Source: an uncultured delta proteobacterium
GTDB taxonomy: Bacteria; Desulfobacterota; Binatia; Binatales; Binataceae
DNA length: 64,000 bases
Direction: 5' to 3'
Assembly (NCBI GenBank): GCA_963834535.1
Contig: CAWICC010000004.1
Span: 667,966 to 731,965, forward strand
Part shown: piece by piece, positions 17,777 to 29,220 of the stretch
How positions within the stretch are numbered: the first letter of the stretch is position 1
Layout of the letters: the number at the start of each line of letters is the position of its first letter
Notes under the pieces: model-generated
Databases searched by the model: none
The model's input: only the letters and a program-made list of their open reading frames with translations
Told to the model about the DNA's origin: nothing
Translations under genes and position numbers: made by a program

Positions 17777-18634
17777 CTACCCGCTATGCGCCATCTGCTC
17801 AAGGCGGCGAATCCGCTCCTCGATCGGCGGATGAGTCGAAAAGAGCCGGCTCAAACCGCCGGCGCTCAATGGGTTGACAATAAACATGTGCGCGGTGGCC
17901 TGAGTCGCGTCCGCCATCGGCATCCGCTCGTTGGCCGATTCCAGCTTGCGCAGCGCGTTAGCGAGCAACAGCGGATTGTGCGTCAGCTTGGCGCCACTGG
18001 CATCGGCCTGGTACTCGCGAGTGCGCGAGATCGCCAGCTGGATCATGGTCGCTGCCAACGGGGCCAGGATGGCCATCGCCAGCAGCTCGAAGATTCCACC
18101 GCCGCGGTTGTTGTCGTCGCGTCCGCCGAAGCCGCCGAAGAGCGCGCCCCAGCGGGCCATCGTGCCGATCATCATGACGACCCCGGCCAGCGTCGCCGCC
18201 ACCGAACTGATCAGGATGTCGCGATTCAACACGTGCGAAAGCTCGTGCCCGATCACGCCCTTGAGTTCTTCGCGCGTGCAGATCCGCATGATGCCGCGCG
18301 TCACGGCGACCGCCGCGTGTTTGGGATTGCGGCCGGTCGCGAAGGCGTTGGGCGTGTCGCTGTCGATCAGGTACAGCTTCGGCATCGGGATATTCGCCGC
18401 GTTGGCCAATTCGTTGACGATCGCGTACAGCTCCGGCGCATTACTCGCATCGAGCGGCTGCGCGCCGTACGCCTTCAAGACCATCTTGTCGGAAAACCAA
18501 TAGCTGAAGAAGTTCATGCCGATGGCGAAGACAAATGCGATCTCCAGCCCCCCGCGACCGCCCCACATACCGCCAATCAGCATGATCAGTCCGGTCAGCA
18601 ATCCCAGCAGGATCGTAGTTTTGAACACACTCAT
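17777..18634 (-). CDS. htpX: Zinc metalloprotease HtpX (M48 family)
   Basis: 'GHELSHVLNRD', 'REYQADASGA', and four TM segments. Confidence 0.92.
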   Translation of the reverse strand: MSVFKTTILLGLLTGLIMLIGGMWGGRGGLEIAFVFAIGMNFFSYWFSDKMVLKAYGAQPLDASNAPELYAIVNELANAANIPMPKLYLIDSDTPNAFATGRNPKHAAVAVTRGIMRICTREELKGVIGHELSHVLNRDILISSVAATLAGVVMMIGTMARWGALFGGFGGRDDNNRGGGIFELLAMAILAPLAATMIQLAISRTREYQADASGAKLTHNPLLLANALRKLESANERMPMADATQATAHMFIVNPLSAGGLSRLFSTHPPIEERIRRLEQMAHSG

Positions 18635-18830
18635 GGTCGTCTCTCAATTATTTCGATTGTCGGAACCGCGACACTCGCGCTCGCGAATCCGGATTAATGA
18701 ATCCATTACCAGGTACTCAGCGATTCGCTGCGATCTTCCCATCCTATCAATTCGATCAACGAAGCGCTTTCGCACTATATTCAATCAGCATTGTAACCAT
18801 TGCGCATCGCACAGACACTCCAGGCGTAAA

Positions 18831-19952
18831 TTATTCGAGCACTTTTGCGTCAATTATCTCGATCATCACCGCGGCCGCCTCCGCCACCGTCAATTCACTC
18901 AAGGGATCGCGCCGGACGACCCGCGTGCGGCCGAGCGGACGCCATCGCTCCGGGTCGGTCGGTCCGAATAGCACGAGGCCGGGCGATCCGGAGGCCGCCG
19001 CCAGATGCGATACGCCCGAGTCGTTGCCAATAAAACATCGGGAAAGTCGTGCCAACGCCGCCACTTCGCTTAGTTCAAGCTGCGTAACTACCGGCGTCCC
19101 GGCGGCAGTGAAGATCGGCTCCAACGCGGATTCGGCGGGCCCGAGGATGACTAGCGGACGGATCCAGGATGTCATCAGGGTGGCCAGCGACACGAAACTC
19201 GTGGCCGGCCAGTTCTTCGCCTTACTGCCGCTACCCGGCAGCACCAGCATGAAGTTGCCAGCCTCAAGGCCGAGTGCGGCGATACGATCCCCGGCCAACT
19301 CCAGATCTTCGGGATAAGGCTCGAGGGAGCAATCCAGCGCGCCGGCATCCCCGGCGCCGATGGTTCCGGATCCAGCAGTGGTCTTCGCGCTGCCTTGGCC
19401 GGCGTTCTCCGTGCCGTTCCCGGTCTCGATTTCGCGCAGATAGGCGGCGGCAACGTGCCCGACCGCGGTCGGACGGAACGGAAAGAAGGTAGCGCGGCCA
19501 TCCGTGGCCGTCGCCAGAGCGGCGCGAAAATGCGAATCGTCAGCCGCAAAGAACGAATAGACGTGTGAAAACGAGCCAAAAAAAGTCTTTGCTTCCTTCG
19601 CGAGGGTGCCCGATCGCGCCGCGAACAGTTGCGCGACCTCGCGCCGGTCTATTGAATGTCCGCGCGAATGTCCACAGCCTGCGCTGGCAGAATCAGCTTG
19701 AGATCCGCCCTCGGAGACGCGCGCGGCAGCCGTCGGCTGGTCGCGCGGGAAGCCCAGCCGACCCGTCGCAAAGCGCACGAGTTCCGCGCGCGCCATCAAC
19801 TCGACTGCCGCTTTCGGATGCCGTCGAGCGATCGCCCGGATTGCCGGCACCGCGCAGATCAGGTCGCCCAGCGCCCCGGGGAAAATCACCAGGATTGATG
19901 CCCTCGATACGGCTGTTGCGGGATTCGCACCGGCGATGCTGGTTGAAGCCAT
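18831..19952 (-). CDS. Glycosyltransferase family 9 (heptosyltransferase-like)
   Basis: 'ILVIFPGALGDLICAVPAIRAI', 'PGSGSKAKNWP', 'IGNDSGVSHLAAASGSPGLVLFGPTDPERWRP'. ATG at 19952 is preferred over the TTG at 20006. Confidence 0.7.
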   Translation of the reverse strand: MASTSIAGANPATAVSRASILVIFPGALGDLICAVPAIRAIARRHPKAAVELMARAELVRFATGRLGFPRDQPTAAARVSEGGSQADSASAGCGHSRGHSIDRREVAQLFAARSGTLAKEAKTFFGSFSHVYSFFAADDSHFRAALATATDGRATFFPFRPTAVGHVAAAYLREIETGNGTENAGQGSAKTTAGSGTIGAGDAGALDCSLEPYPEDLELAGDRIAALGLEAGNFMLVLPGSGSKAKNWPATSFVSLATLMTSWIRPLVILGPAESALEPIFTAAGTPVVTQLELSEVAALARLSRCFIGNDSGVSHLAAASGSPGLVLFGPTDPERWRPLGRTRVVRRDPLSELTVAEAAAVMIEIIDAKVLE

Positions 19953-20068
19953 CGTTACAAGCTTAGCATCGGCAATGCTCCGATGCCCCGCGGGCACTCC
20001 GGCCAAATTTGCCCCGCGGCCGGCCGAGACATTCGCATAACCAGTGCAAATACGGTTACAATCGCCGC

Positions 20069-21004
20069 ATGCCGCTTAGCGTCGCTCGCTCTCCATTGGA
20101 GCTCATTGGCCACACGCCCGTGGTCCGCCTCAACCGTATCCCCGGCAAAGACGACGCCGAGATCTGGGCCAAGCTCGAAAACTACAACCCGGGCGGCAGC
20201 GTCAAGGATCGCATCTGCCTGGCGATGATCGAGCGGGCCGAGCGTGACGGCCGGATTAAGCCGGGCGACACCATTGTCGAGCCCACTTCGGGCAACACTG
20301 GCATCGGACTCGCCCTGGTCTGCGCGGTCAAAGGCTACAAGCTGACGCTCACTATGCCCGACACCATGAGCGAGGAGCGCCGGTCGCTGCTGGCGGCTTA
20401 CGGCGCAACGCTGGTGCTGACGCCCGACACCCGGGGCATGCACGGCGCAATCGCCAAGGCGGAGGAACTGGTGCGCAACAATCCCGGTTACTTCATGCCG
20501 CAGCAATTCAGCAATCCGGCTAATCCGGAAGTCCATTACCTGACCACCGGGCCGGAGCTGATCGAGCAACTTGACCATATCGACGCTTTCGTCGCAGGCG
20601 TCGGCACCGGCGGCACCATCAGCGGGACCGGACGCTACCTGCGCGAGAACCTGCCCAATCGGCCGCTGATCGTCGCGGTGGAGCCGAAAAATTCGCCGGT
20701 GCTGGAAGGCGGCGAGCCGGGGTTCCACAAGATTCAGGGCATCGGTGCCGGCTTCATCCCGGCCAACCTCGATACCACCGTTTACGACGAAGTGTTCCCC
20801 GTCAGCGACGAGGATGCGACCGTTTTCGCGCGGCGTATCGCTCGCGAAGAGGGTCTGCTGGTCGGAATTTCCTCGGGCGCGAATTGCTCCGCTGCGCTGC
20901 AGATAGCAAAACGGCTGGGCAAGGGTAAAGTCGTGGTCGTCGTCTTTTGCGACACCGGCGAGCGTTATTTGACGACTGACCTGTTCCAGGCGGAAGGTAT
21001 CTAG
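20069..21004 (+). CDS. cysK: Cysteine synthase A (O-acetylserine sulfhydrylase)
   Basis: 'GGSVKDRI' (PLP lysine), '[11 protein letters not shown]', '[10 protein letters not shown]'. ATG at 20069. Confidence 0.93.
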   Translation: MPLSVARSPLELIGHTPVVRLNRIPGKDDAEIWAKLENYNPGGSVKDRICLAMIERAERDGRIKPGDTIVEPTSGNTGIGLALVCAVKGYKLTLTMPDTMSEERRSLLAAYGATLVLTPDTRGMHGAIAKAEELVRNNPGYFMPQQFSNPANPEVHYLTTGPELIEQLDHIDAFVAGVGTGGTISGTGRYLRENLPNRPLIVAVEPKNSPVLEGGEPGFHKIQGIGAGFIPANLDTTVYDEVFPVSDEDATVFARRIAREEGLLVGISSGANCSAALQIAKRLGKGKVVVVVFCDTGERYLTTDLFQAEGI

Positions 21005-21101
21005 GCTCCGTCCACCGTTGTCCCACGAGTGACCTGCGACCCGACCACAATCCGTAGCGCTTATTACGCGATCAACCAGGCCTGAGACTCTGCATAGCTC
21101 G

Positions 21102-21941
21102 ATGAACCCACTCGAAGTCAAACTCGAACATTTGCGCGGGCTGTTCCGCCCGCTGCAATCTCTGATGGTCGCCTTTTCGGGCGGCGTCGATTCGACCTTC
21201 GTCCTGAAGGTAGCCCACGAGACGATCGGCGAGCGCGTGCTCGCCTTAACCACCACGTCGCCGACGATGCCCGACGACGATCGCATCTCAGCACTCGAGA
21301 TGGCGCGGCTGATCGGCGCGCGCCATCTCGTCATCGAATCGAACGAACTGGAGATTCCGGGCTACGCGCGCAATCCGATCGATCGCTGCTACCTGTGCAA
21401 GCACAACCTCTTCACCGTGTGCGAAGCGAAGGCGCGCGAGCTGCAAATCGACGAAATCGTCGATGGGCTCAACCTTGACGACCTGCACGACTATCGCCCC
21501 GGCATCAAGGCGGCCTCCGAGAAGCGGGTACGGCATCCGCTGGTAGAGGCCCAGATGAGCAAGGCGGACATCCGCGAGCTGTCGCGAGCGATGGGTTTGC
21601 CGACCTGGGATCGGCCGGCCTCGCCGTGCCTGTCATCGCGGTTTCCCTATGGCACTCAAATCACGCCGGAAGGTCTGCGCCAGGTCGAACAGGGTGAACG
21701 TTTGCTCCATGCGATGGGCTTTCGCGTGGCGCGCGTGCGCTTTCATGGCGACGTCGCGCGCCTCGAAGTTGAGGCCGACGAGATCGCCCGCCTGCTGGAA
21801 CCGGTTACCCGAGCGCGCGTCGATAGCGAGCTCAAGCAGCTTGGCTTCCGTTTCGTCGCGGTGGATTTGAAGGGCTTCCGATCGGGATCGCTCAACGAAG
21901 GCCTCCCGTCCGCGTCAACGCATACATCGCTCTCCAGGTGA
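21102..21941 (+). CDS. larE: LarE-like PP-loop ATP-dependent sulfur transferase
   Basis: 'VAFSGGVDSTF' PP-loop, 'DYRPGIKA', 'ASPCLSSRFPYGT', 'ARVRFHGDVARLEV', 'DLKGFRSGSLNE'. An extra 'CYLC' pair is present. Confidence 0.8.
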   Translation: MNPLEVKLEHLRGLFRPLQSLMVAFSGGVDSTFVLKVAHETIGERVLALTTTSPTMPDDDRISALEMARLIGARHLVIESNELEIPGYARNPIDRCYLCKHNLFTVCEAKARELQIDEIVDGLNLDDLHDYRPGIKAASEKRVRHPLVEAQMSKADIRELSRAMGLPTWDRPASPCLSSRFPYGTQITPEGLRQVEQGERLLHAMGFRVARVRFHGDVARLEVEADEIARLLEPVTRARVDSELKQLGFRFVAVDLKGFRSGSLNEGLPSASTHTSLSR

Positions 21942-22087
21942 TCGAGAAATTCAGGCTGGGTTAGGGAACTTGGGGGGGGACTCGGTTTCGCCTCAGCCGG
22001 CATTCGCGCATTCGCCTCAAACAAGTATTCGCGTATCGCGCTGACCATCATGCGCCGCGGTCACGCGTCCCGATTCGCCTGCGATCG

Positions 22088-23098
22088 TCATTCGGCGATA
22101 CGCACCGCCGTCACCCCGGGATGCGGTTCGGTAAGCGCCGGCGGAAAAGGCTTGCCCTTCAGGTAGTGGTCGAGGAAGGCCAGCGTGTAGTCGATAATCG
22201 CCTGGTGATAAGTCGGGCGCACATCGGTCCATGCCATGTGGCCGGCGCCGTCGAGCTCGACGTAGTATTTCGGCGGCTGCGTCTGATCGTATACGCCGCC
22301 GGCCTTGGCGACGAACGGCGTGATGCCGAAATCGAGCGTGCCGCCCTGGTACATCACCGGCACGCCCATCTCGCCGAGCCCGCCGCGCCGCAGGAATGGC
22401 GTGCTGTAGGGTGAGAGGGCAACGACGGCCTTGACTCTGGGATCCTTCCAGGTCGGCCACGCCCCGGCGAGGCCCATCACGGTGTAGCCGCCGAGCGAAT
22501 GGCCGACGAGGCCCAGATCGTTCCAGTCGAACGGGGGTGCGCCGTAAACGGGATCGGCCTTAAGCGCGTCGATCAACTGTTCGAGGTCCTGCCGCCGGTC
22601 GGCGTAGGTGGTGTCGCTCCATTCGTCCGGCTTCGCGAACGGAAGTACAGGCAGTCCCAGCAAGGCCTTCGGATTGCCGCAGGCGGCGTCGCGATGGTCG
22701 GGGGCGAAGACCGCGTAGCCGTCTTCGGCGAGTGCCTCGGTGAGGAAGGTCGATTGCGTGTTGCAGCCGTGAAAGCCGTGCGAGAACACGATGACCGGCC
22801 ACGGCCCGGGTATCGCCCTGGGTGGCGTCCACGCGTCGACGTTCAAGCCCGCGACGCTCAGCTTCCGCAACAGAACAGGGCTTTGCGCGGCGAATGCGGT
22901 GAGCCTCCCGGCGAGCAGGAGCAAGCCAATCAGCATGGCCGGCGTGAACATGCGCGACGCCGAGGCCCAAAGCGCGCTCAAGGTTGACGCCAGAAACGCG
23001 CGCGACGCTGAGGCTTGGAGCGTCAAGGTAAACTTTGGCCGTGTGTGAGCGAGACCGTGCGGCGCGCATGACACCGCTCTTCTGATGAGGCGAATCAT
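22088..23098 (-). CDS. Secreted alpha/beta hydrolase (PAF-acetylhydrolase/dienelactone-hydrolase-like)
   Basis: 'PVIVFSHGFHGCNTQSTFLTEALAEDGYAVFAPDHRD', nucleophile elbow 'GHSLGG', 'DGAGHMAW'. Start uncertain: ATG at 23098 (GGGAGA SD) or ATG at 22951 (MFTPAMLIGLLLLAG). Confidence 0.75.
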   Translation of the reverse strand: MIRLIRRAVSCAPHGLAHTRPKFTLTLQASASRAFLASTLSALWASASRMFTPAMLIGLLLLAGRLTAFAAQSPVLLRKLSVAGLNVDAWTPPRAIPGPWPVIVFSHGFHGCNTQSTFLTEALAEDGYAVFAPDHRDAACGNPKALLGLPVLPFAKPDEWSDTTYADRRQDLEQLIDALKADPVYGAPPFDWNDLGLVGHSLGGYTVMGLAGAWPTWKDPRVKAVVALSPYSTPFLRRGGLGEMGVPVMYQGGTLDFGITPFVAKAGGVYDQTQPPKYYVELDGAGHMAWTDVRPTYHQAIIDYTLAFLDHYLKGKPFPPALTEPHPGVTAVRIAE

Positions 23099-23391
23099 CG
23101 ATTCTCCCGTGATGGTTGTGCTGGAGGGGGCGCAGAGTCGATCGGGGTTGGCCGGGAAAATTGGGTTCGTTGCGTAATTTGGCGGGTCCCTGTCGAGCGA
23201 GGGTGACGCTGAACCCGCGGCCAGGCTGACGCGGGATGTTTTCGGTTGCGGCGGCGTCAGCATTGGCGGCCGCCGGCGGCAGCGAGTTGCGCGAGGTCGA
23301 GGTTGATACAGGACGTGCTGGATCGCATCGGCGGCGGTCGTAAGGTGCTCGATCGTGGCGGCTGCGGTCCTGGCGCCGGGTAGCGGCGCCA

Positions 23392-24093
23392 TCAGCTTAG
23401 GCGATCGGCGGCGGCTGCGACGAGTTGGGCGAGGTAGAGGTCGGCCGCGGTGGTAATTTTGAAGTTCAACGCTGAGCCGTCAATGACTTCGACCGGGACG
23501 CCGAGGTCCTCGACCAGGCTGCTGTCGTCAGTAGTGACGATTCGATTGGACAGGGCGCGCTGATGAGCGCGCATCAGCAGAGCGCGCCGATACGCCTGCG
23601 GAGTCTGCGCCTGCCATAGATGAGCGCGCGCCACGGTCGCCACGATTCTGCGATCATCGTCCGCATCGACTCGTTTAAGCGTATCGGCGAGCGGTATCGC
23701 CGCGATGGCGCCTCCGCATCGATGGGCGGCGGCGAGCGCGGCCGTGAACATGGCGGGCGTCGCGAAGGGACGGGCGGCGTCATGAACGACGACCATTGCG
23801 GCTTCGGCACTGGTGAGGTCCAGAGCAATCCTGACCGAATCCTGGCGTTCTGGACCGCCTGGAGTGAGTTTCACGGGAATTTCGAGGCCGACCTCGCGAA
23901 TCAGGGCGCGCGCCTGCGACTCCATCCCGGCGGGCACCGTTACAACCGCTTCTTCGATAGATGGAACGGCGGCGACGGTGAGCAAGGAATAGGCGAGCAA
24001 CGGCCGTCCGCATAACTCGACAAAGGCTTTGGGCTGATTAGAACCAAGGCGGCTACCGGTACCGGCGGCAACGATGATCGCAGAGGCTTTCAT
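23392..24093 (-). CDS. ispD: 2-C-methyl-D-erythritol 4-phosphate cytidylyltransferase
   Basis: 'AIIVAAGTGSRLGSNQPKAFVEL', 'VVHDAARPF'. ATG at 24093 is preferred over the TTG at 24105. Confidence 0.9.
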   Translation of the reverse strand: MKASAIIVAAGTGSRLGSNQPKAFVELCGRPLLAYSLLTVAAVPSIEEAVVTVPAGMESQARALIREVGLEIPVKLTPGGPERQDSVRIALDLTSAEAAMVVVHDAARPFATPAMFTAALAAAHRCGGAIAAIPLADTLKRVDADDDRRIVATVARAHLWQAQTPQAYRRALLMRAHQRALSNRIVTTDDSSLVEDLGVPVEVIDGSALNFKITTAADLYLAQLVAAAADRLS

Positions 24094-24177
24094 CGGGAAG
24101 GGCAAGGCCTGGTGCGCGGAGAGCGGGGATTCATACGAAGAATCGCGAGTTCCTCAGGAGCAGGGTGTAAAAGGGGG

Positions 24178-24226
24178 CGAAAAAAGAGGGTCAAGCGGTG
24201 GGCGTTTGCCCCAAGACCTGACCCTC
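24178..24226 (-). terminator. Probable terminator/attenuator hairpin after carD
   Basis: Outer stem gagggtca/tgaccctc (24186-24193 / 24219-24226) with an inner gggc/gccc stem. On the minus strand it is followed by tttttt. Confidence 0.5.
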
Positions 24227-24260
24227 CGCAAGCGAGATTTCCAGACTGAGCTTCGCGCTG

Positions 24261-24755
24261 TCAGTTGGCGAAGATGGTCTTGAGTTCCTCCATGATCTTT
24301 TCCTCGGGATGAGCCTTGGCAATCGAGAGTTCCTTGACCAGGAGACTGCGCGCGGTGTCGAGCATTTTGCGCTCGCCGAAGGAGAGTTCCTTGTCGCCCT
24401 TGAGGACCAGGAGGTCGCGGAGGACCTTGGCGATTTCGAGGGGCGAGCCGGTTTTGATTTTTTCGGTGTACTCGCGATAGCGGCGATTCCAGGTTTGCGA
24501 ATCGCCTTCGACCTTGCGGGTGCGCAGGATTTTGTAGATTTTGGTAACGGTTTCCTTCCCGATCACCCGCCGCAACCCCACCGCCTCAACGTTTTCGGTA
24601 GGAATCATGATCGTCATCTTCTCGGTGCCGAGAATACGCAGCATGTAGAAGCGCCGCTCGGAGCCGGAGATTACCTTGCTCTGGATGTCCTCGATAACGG
24701 CGACTCCATGAGCAGGGTAAACGACCTTTTCACCCTTTTTGAACGTCAGATTCAT
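24261..24755 (-). CDS. carD: CarD family transcriptional regulator
   Basis: ATG at 24755. 'FKKGEKVVYPAHGVAVIEDI', 'RFYMLRILGTEKMTIMIPTENV'. Confidence 0.9.
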   Translation of the reverse strand: MNLTFKKGEKVVYPAHGVAVIEDIQSKVISGSERRFYMLRILGTEKMTIMIPTENVEAVGLRRVIGKETVTKIYKILRTRKVEGDSQTWNRRYREYTEKIKTGSPLEIAKVLRDLLVLKGDKELSFGERKMLDTARSLLVKELSIAKAHPEEKIMEELKTIFAN

Positions 24756-24931
24756 TTGTGATGGCGTTTCGTTGCGAGCCTCCAATTTCGGAGCGAGGCG
24801 GCCGTTGAGAGACACTAGCGCTTCCGAGTGGCCCGAACTGTTTAGCAATTATTACACAAATATAGCCTGTTTGTAACCCCCTCGACTTGCGGAAAATCGC
24901 AGAACGGTGTTTGCATATTGCCGATGAATAG

Positions 24932-25675
24932 TTACGACAGCTTAAGTTCCATCACGATTGCGTCCTCGCCAACGCCGTAGTAATTCCGTCTCAAACGCTG
25001 TTCTTCAAATCCCAGCTTGCGGTACAAGCCGCGAGCGGCCACGTTGGACCGCCTGACTTCCAGCGTAACGACGCTCGCGTGGCGAGCTTTGGCTTCGGCG
25101 AGCGCGTCGGTCATCAAGTGCTTGGCCACTCCCGTGCGACGCATTTGCGGATGCACGGCGACATTGAGGATGTGGCATTCGTCGGCCACCAGCCAGCGGC
25201 ACAAAAAGCCGGCCAGACGCCGGCCGGGATCGCTTTCATCGACGGCCACGATCAGGCGGGAGAAGGGCAGCGACAATTCGCGCTCGAACGAATCGAGGCT
25301 CCAGGGGCTGTCGAAGGCGAGTTGCTCGATGTCAATTATGGCGGGGAGATCGCGATCGCTGGCGGAGCGGATTTTCGTCGTCGGCGCAGGGCTGGCGGGG
25401 AGGCTCGTGGCCGGACGCCGGGGCGATTGGGTTGGCGATTTCAATCGGCGCAAATCCGCGGGCTGAGGGACCGAAATAAGCAAGCGCAGCGGCCACCAAG
25501 GGGCTTTCCCGACATTTACCCCGAGGCGCGGCGAGGCGGCGTCGGCCGCGGCCGCCGCAAGCGAGAACGCTGCCCAGCAGGGATCGTAATCGCCGGTTCT
25601 TTTCGCTGTCAACCCCGGCGCCGGGGCGGGGCGGCCGCAGGCTTCCGGGCGGCAGATCGCGCTTGCTTCATACAA
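24932..25675 (-). CDS. rimI: GNAT N-acetyltransferase (RimI-like); start uncertain
   Basis: 'IRSASDRDLPAIIDIEQLAFDSPWS', 'ILNVAVHPQMRRTGVAKHLM', 'LEVRRSNVAARGLYRKLGF'. The roughly 95 N-terminal codons are low-complexity. The only nearer in-frame start I see is the TTG at 25444. Confidence 0.65.
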   Translation of the reverse strand: MYEASAICRPEACGRPAPAPGLTAKRTGDYDPCWAAFSLAAAAADAASPRLGVNVGKAPWWPLRLLISVPQPADLRRLKSPTQSPRRPATSLPASPAPTTKIRSASDRDLPAIIDIEQLAFDSPWSLDSFERELSLPFSRLIVAVDESDPGRRLAGFLCRWLVADECHILNVAVHPQMRRTGVAKHLMTDALAEAKARHASVVTLEVRRSNVAARGLYRKLGFEEQRLRRNYYGVGEDAIVMELKLS

Positions 25676-25780
25676 ATTGATTTGTCACTATGAGGGGGTT
25701 TTCCAAAGCCTGCCTAATACCTGAATACATGTAGCGTCGGGTGCGGTTGCTCGGGCTGGAATCAGAGGAGGAGCGTTCGG

Positions 25781-26059
25781 ATGAAGAATATTGCGAAGTC
25801 GATTGCGGTTGTGATCATGGTGGCCTTTGTAGCAGCGTGCTCTAACGGCGCCCAGATCACGGCGGCAAAGGAAAAGGCCCAGTCTGACGCGAGCAGCGCC
25901 GGGGCTGCGGCACAGTCGGCCGAAGCGGCGTCGCAGCAGGCACAGACCGCCGCGCAGCAGGCCGATGCCGGAGCGAATCAGGCGGCGGACTCGGCGCGCC
26001 GCGCGGATGACGCAGTGGCCCGCCTCGAAGCCGCGTTCTCGAGTTCGGTTACCAAGTAA
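25781..26059 (+). CDS. Ala/Gln-rich coiled-coil lipoprotein (Lpp/alanine-zipper-like)
   Basis: GGAGGAG SD. Lipobox 'FVAAC'. The mature 72 aa are Ala/Gln-rich and end in a C-terminal Lys ('SSSVTK'). Confidence 0.7.
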   Translation: MKNIAKSIAVVIMVAFVAACSNGAQITAAKEKAQSDASSAGAAAQSAEAASQQAQTAAQQADAGANQAADSARRADDAVARLEAAFSSSVTK

Positions 26060-26078
26060 ATCAGCGAGCGATTATCAG

Positions 26079-26114
26079 GGCGCGGCGGGAAGTGCGAGCG
26101 CTTCCCGCCGCGCC
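26079..26114. terminator. Hairpin between convergent genes (bidirectional terminator candidate)
   Basis: Perfect 14-bp stem ggcgcggcgggaag/cttcccgccgcgcc with an 8-nt loop. Confidence 0.6.
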
Positions 26115-26136
26115 TGCGTCTTGCGCTGGGCGGGGC

Positions 26137-26553
26137 CTAGTTTTTCGGCGGCGCCGCAGCCGAGGCTGGCGATGTCGCTTGCGCAGCGGCGGCCTGAAGC
26201 TCGTTGCGAGCGCGCTCGGTGGCGAGATCATCGTGACCGATCTTCTGCTCGAGTTCGCGGAACTGGGTAAGCGTCAGCCCTTCTTTGGCGGCAGCCTGTT
26301 CGACCGTCAAGTTGCGATCGCGCTGCATATCCTTGTAAACGGCGACGTACTTCTCGATTTGATCGGACGAAACCTCGGTATCCTCATCGCTGTCGCCATC
26401 CTGCGCCAGTAAGGACGCGGGCGGGCGCGGGGCCGCGACGGCCGCCAGCGCATCGGCGTGACCGGGAACCGGTGGTAGAGCGAGGCCCAAGGCAGTCGCG
26501 AAGAGTGCGGCGGTCAAAAGGCTGCGAAGGTTGCGGAAGAGCGGATTGTGCAT
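26137..26553 (-). CDS. Secreted DUF4168-like protein
   Basis: ATG at 26553 after a GGAGG SD. Signal peptide 'LLTAALFATALGLALPPVPGHA'. 'SDQIEKYVAVYKDMQRDRNLTVEQAAAKEGLTLTQFRELEQKI'. Confidence 0.55.
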   Translation of the reverse strand: MHNPLFRNLRSLLTAALFATALGLALPPVPGHADALAAVAAPRPPASLLAQDGDSDEDTEVSSDQIEKYVAVYKDMQRDRNLTVEQAAAKEGLTLTQFRELEQKIGHDDLATERARNELQAAAAQATSPASAAAPPKN

Positions 26554-26728
26554 AGGCCTCCGTGTTTCATCCTGACATTTGACGGGATGCTCTGGAAGGA
26601 TGATGGAAAGGGACGGCGGCGCTATTGCATTGCGCCGCTCAATGCTTAGGTTCAACGCGGGCGGTCCGCAGGGGCATGCGCTCCGGTGCGGCCTAACGAC
26701 AAAAATTTTTGGATGGAGATAGCTCTCA

Positions 26729-28456
<1,728 letters not shown>

Positions 28457-28680
28457 GCGGACGGCCGCGTATCAAGCTGAGTCGGGAGCCTAAGCAGGGA
28501 GAGAGGCGGGATGACCCACGCGCGAGTAGATCAACCACTGTTGAAAAACTAATTGCGAGGGCGTCCCTCATAAGATAGGCTAAAGAGCTAAGCATTGGTT
28601 GTTAGTAGGATTTGGGTAAAGGTGCAGGGCTTGATTCGCGAAAGCCGCGACGGTGCCCAGAGAATTCAAGGAGGAACAGG

Positions 28681-29073
28681 ATGGAAGGGTCGATCACGAA
28701 ATCTAAGCTGGTAGGACTGGCGGGGGCATTGTTAGCGCTTTCGTTAATGGCGGGCTGCGGCCCGAATCAGGACGTCGTTGCAGCACAGTCGGCTGCGCAG
28801 CAGGCCGATCAGGCTGCCTCGCGCGCAGAGGCGGCGAGCCAGACCGCGCAGCAGGCGGCGGCCTCGGCGCAGGCTTCTGCGAGCAAGGTGGAACAGTCCG
28901 CAGCGGACGCCAAGGCGGCGGCTGACCGCGCTGAAGCGATTGCGGCGAAGACCGATACCAGCGGCGGCGGCACCGTGCATCACCATTGGCATCGCCACGT
29001 GCATCATCACGCTGCAGCGGCGATGGCTCCGGCAGATACCAGCGCTCCTGCACCGGCTCCGGCCTCGTCTTAA
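28681..29073 (+). CDS. Ala/Gln-rich coiled-coil lipoprotein with a His-rich tail (paralog of 25781..26059)
   Basis: ATG at 28681 after an AGGAGGA SD. Lipobox 'LMAGC'. 'AAQSAAQQADQAASRAEAASQTAQQAA'. 'VHHHWHRHVHHH'. Confidence 0.7.
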   Translation: MEGSITKSKLVGLAGALLALSLMAGCGPNQDVVAAQSAAQQADQAASRAEAASQTAQQAAASAQASASKVEQSAADAKAAADRAEAIAAKTDTSGGGTVHHHWHRHVHHHAAAAMAPADTSAPAPAPASS

Positions 29074-29097
29074 TCACCACTGGAAACTGATTGTTGC

Positions 29098-29134
29098 GAA
29101 AAAGGGCATTCCGCTTGGGATGCCCTTTTTCTTT
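29098..29134. terminator. Bidirectional Rho-independent terminator
   Basis: gcgaaaaa-gggcattcc-gctt-gggatgccc-tttttcttt, i.e. an A-tract and a T-tract flank the stem. It lies between the convergent lipoprotein and ADH genes. Confidence 0.75.
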
Positions 29135-29220
29135 GTCTCAGTCACTCCCCCCGCTGACTATCTCTTGGTCAGTCTTTTCGTCGAATCTCGAAATAGCCAT
29201 TCGGCGTCCACCCGGACTAC

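Noticed and set aside
19955-21334. 459-aa minus-strand ORF
   Set aside because: It is antisense to cysK and the start of larE. It is a shadow ORF.
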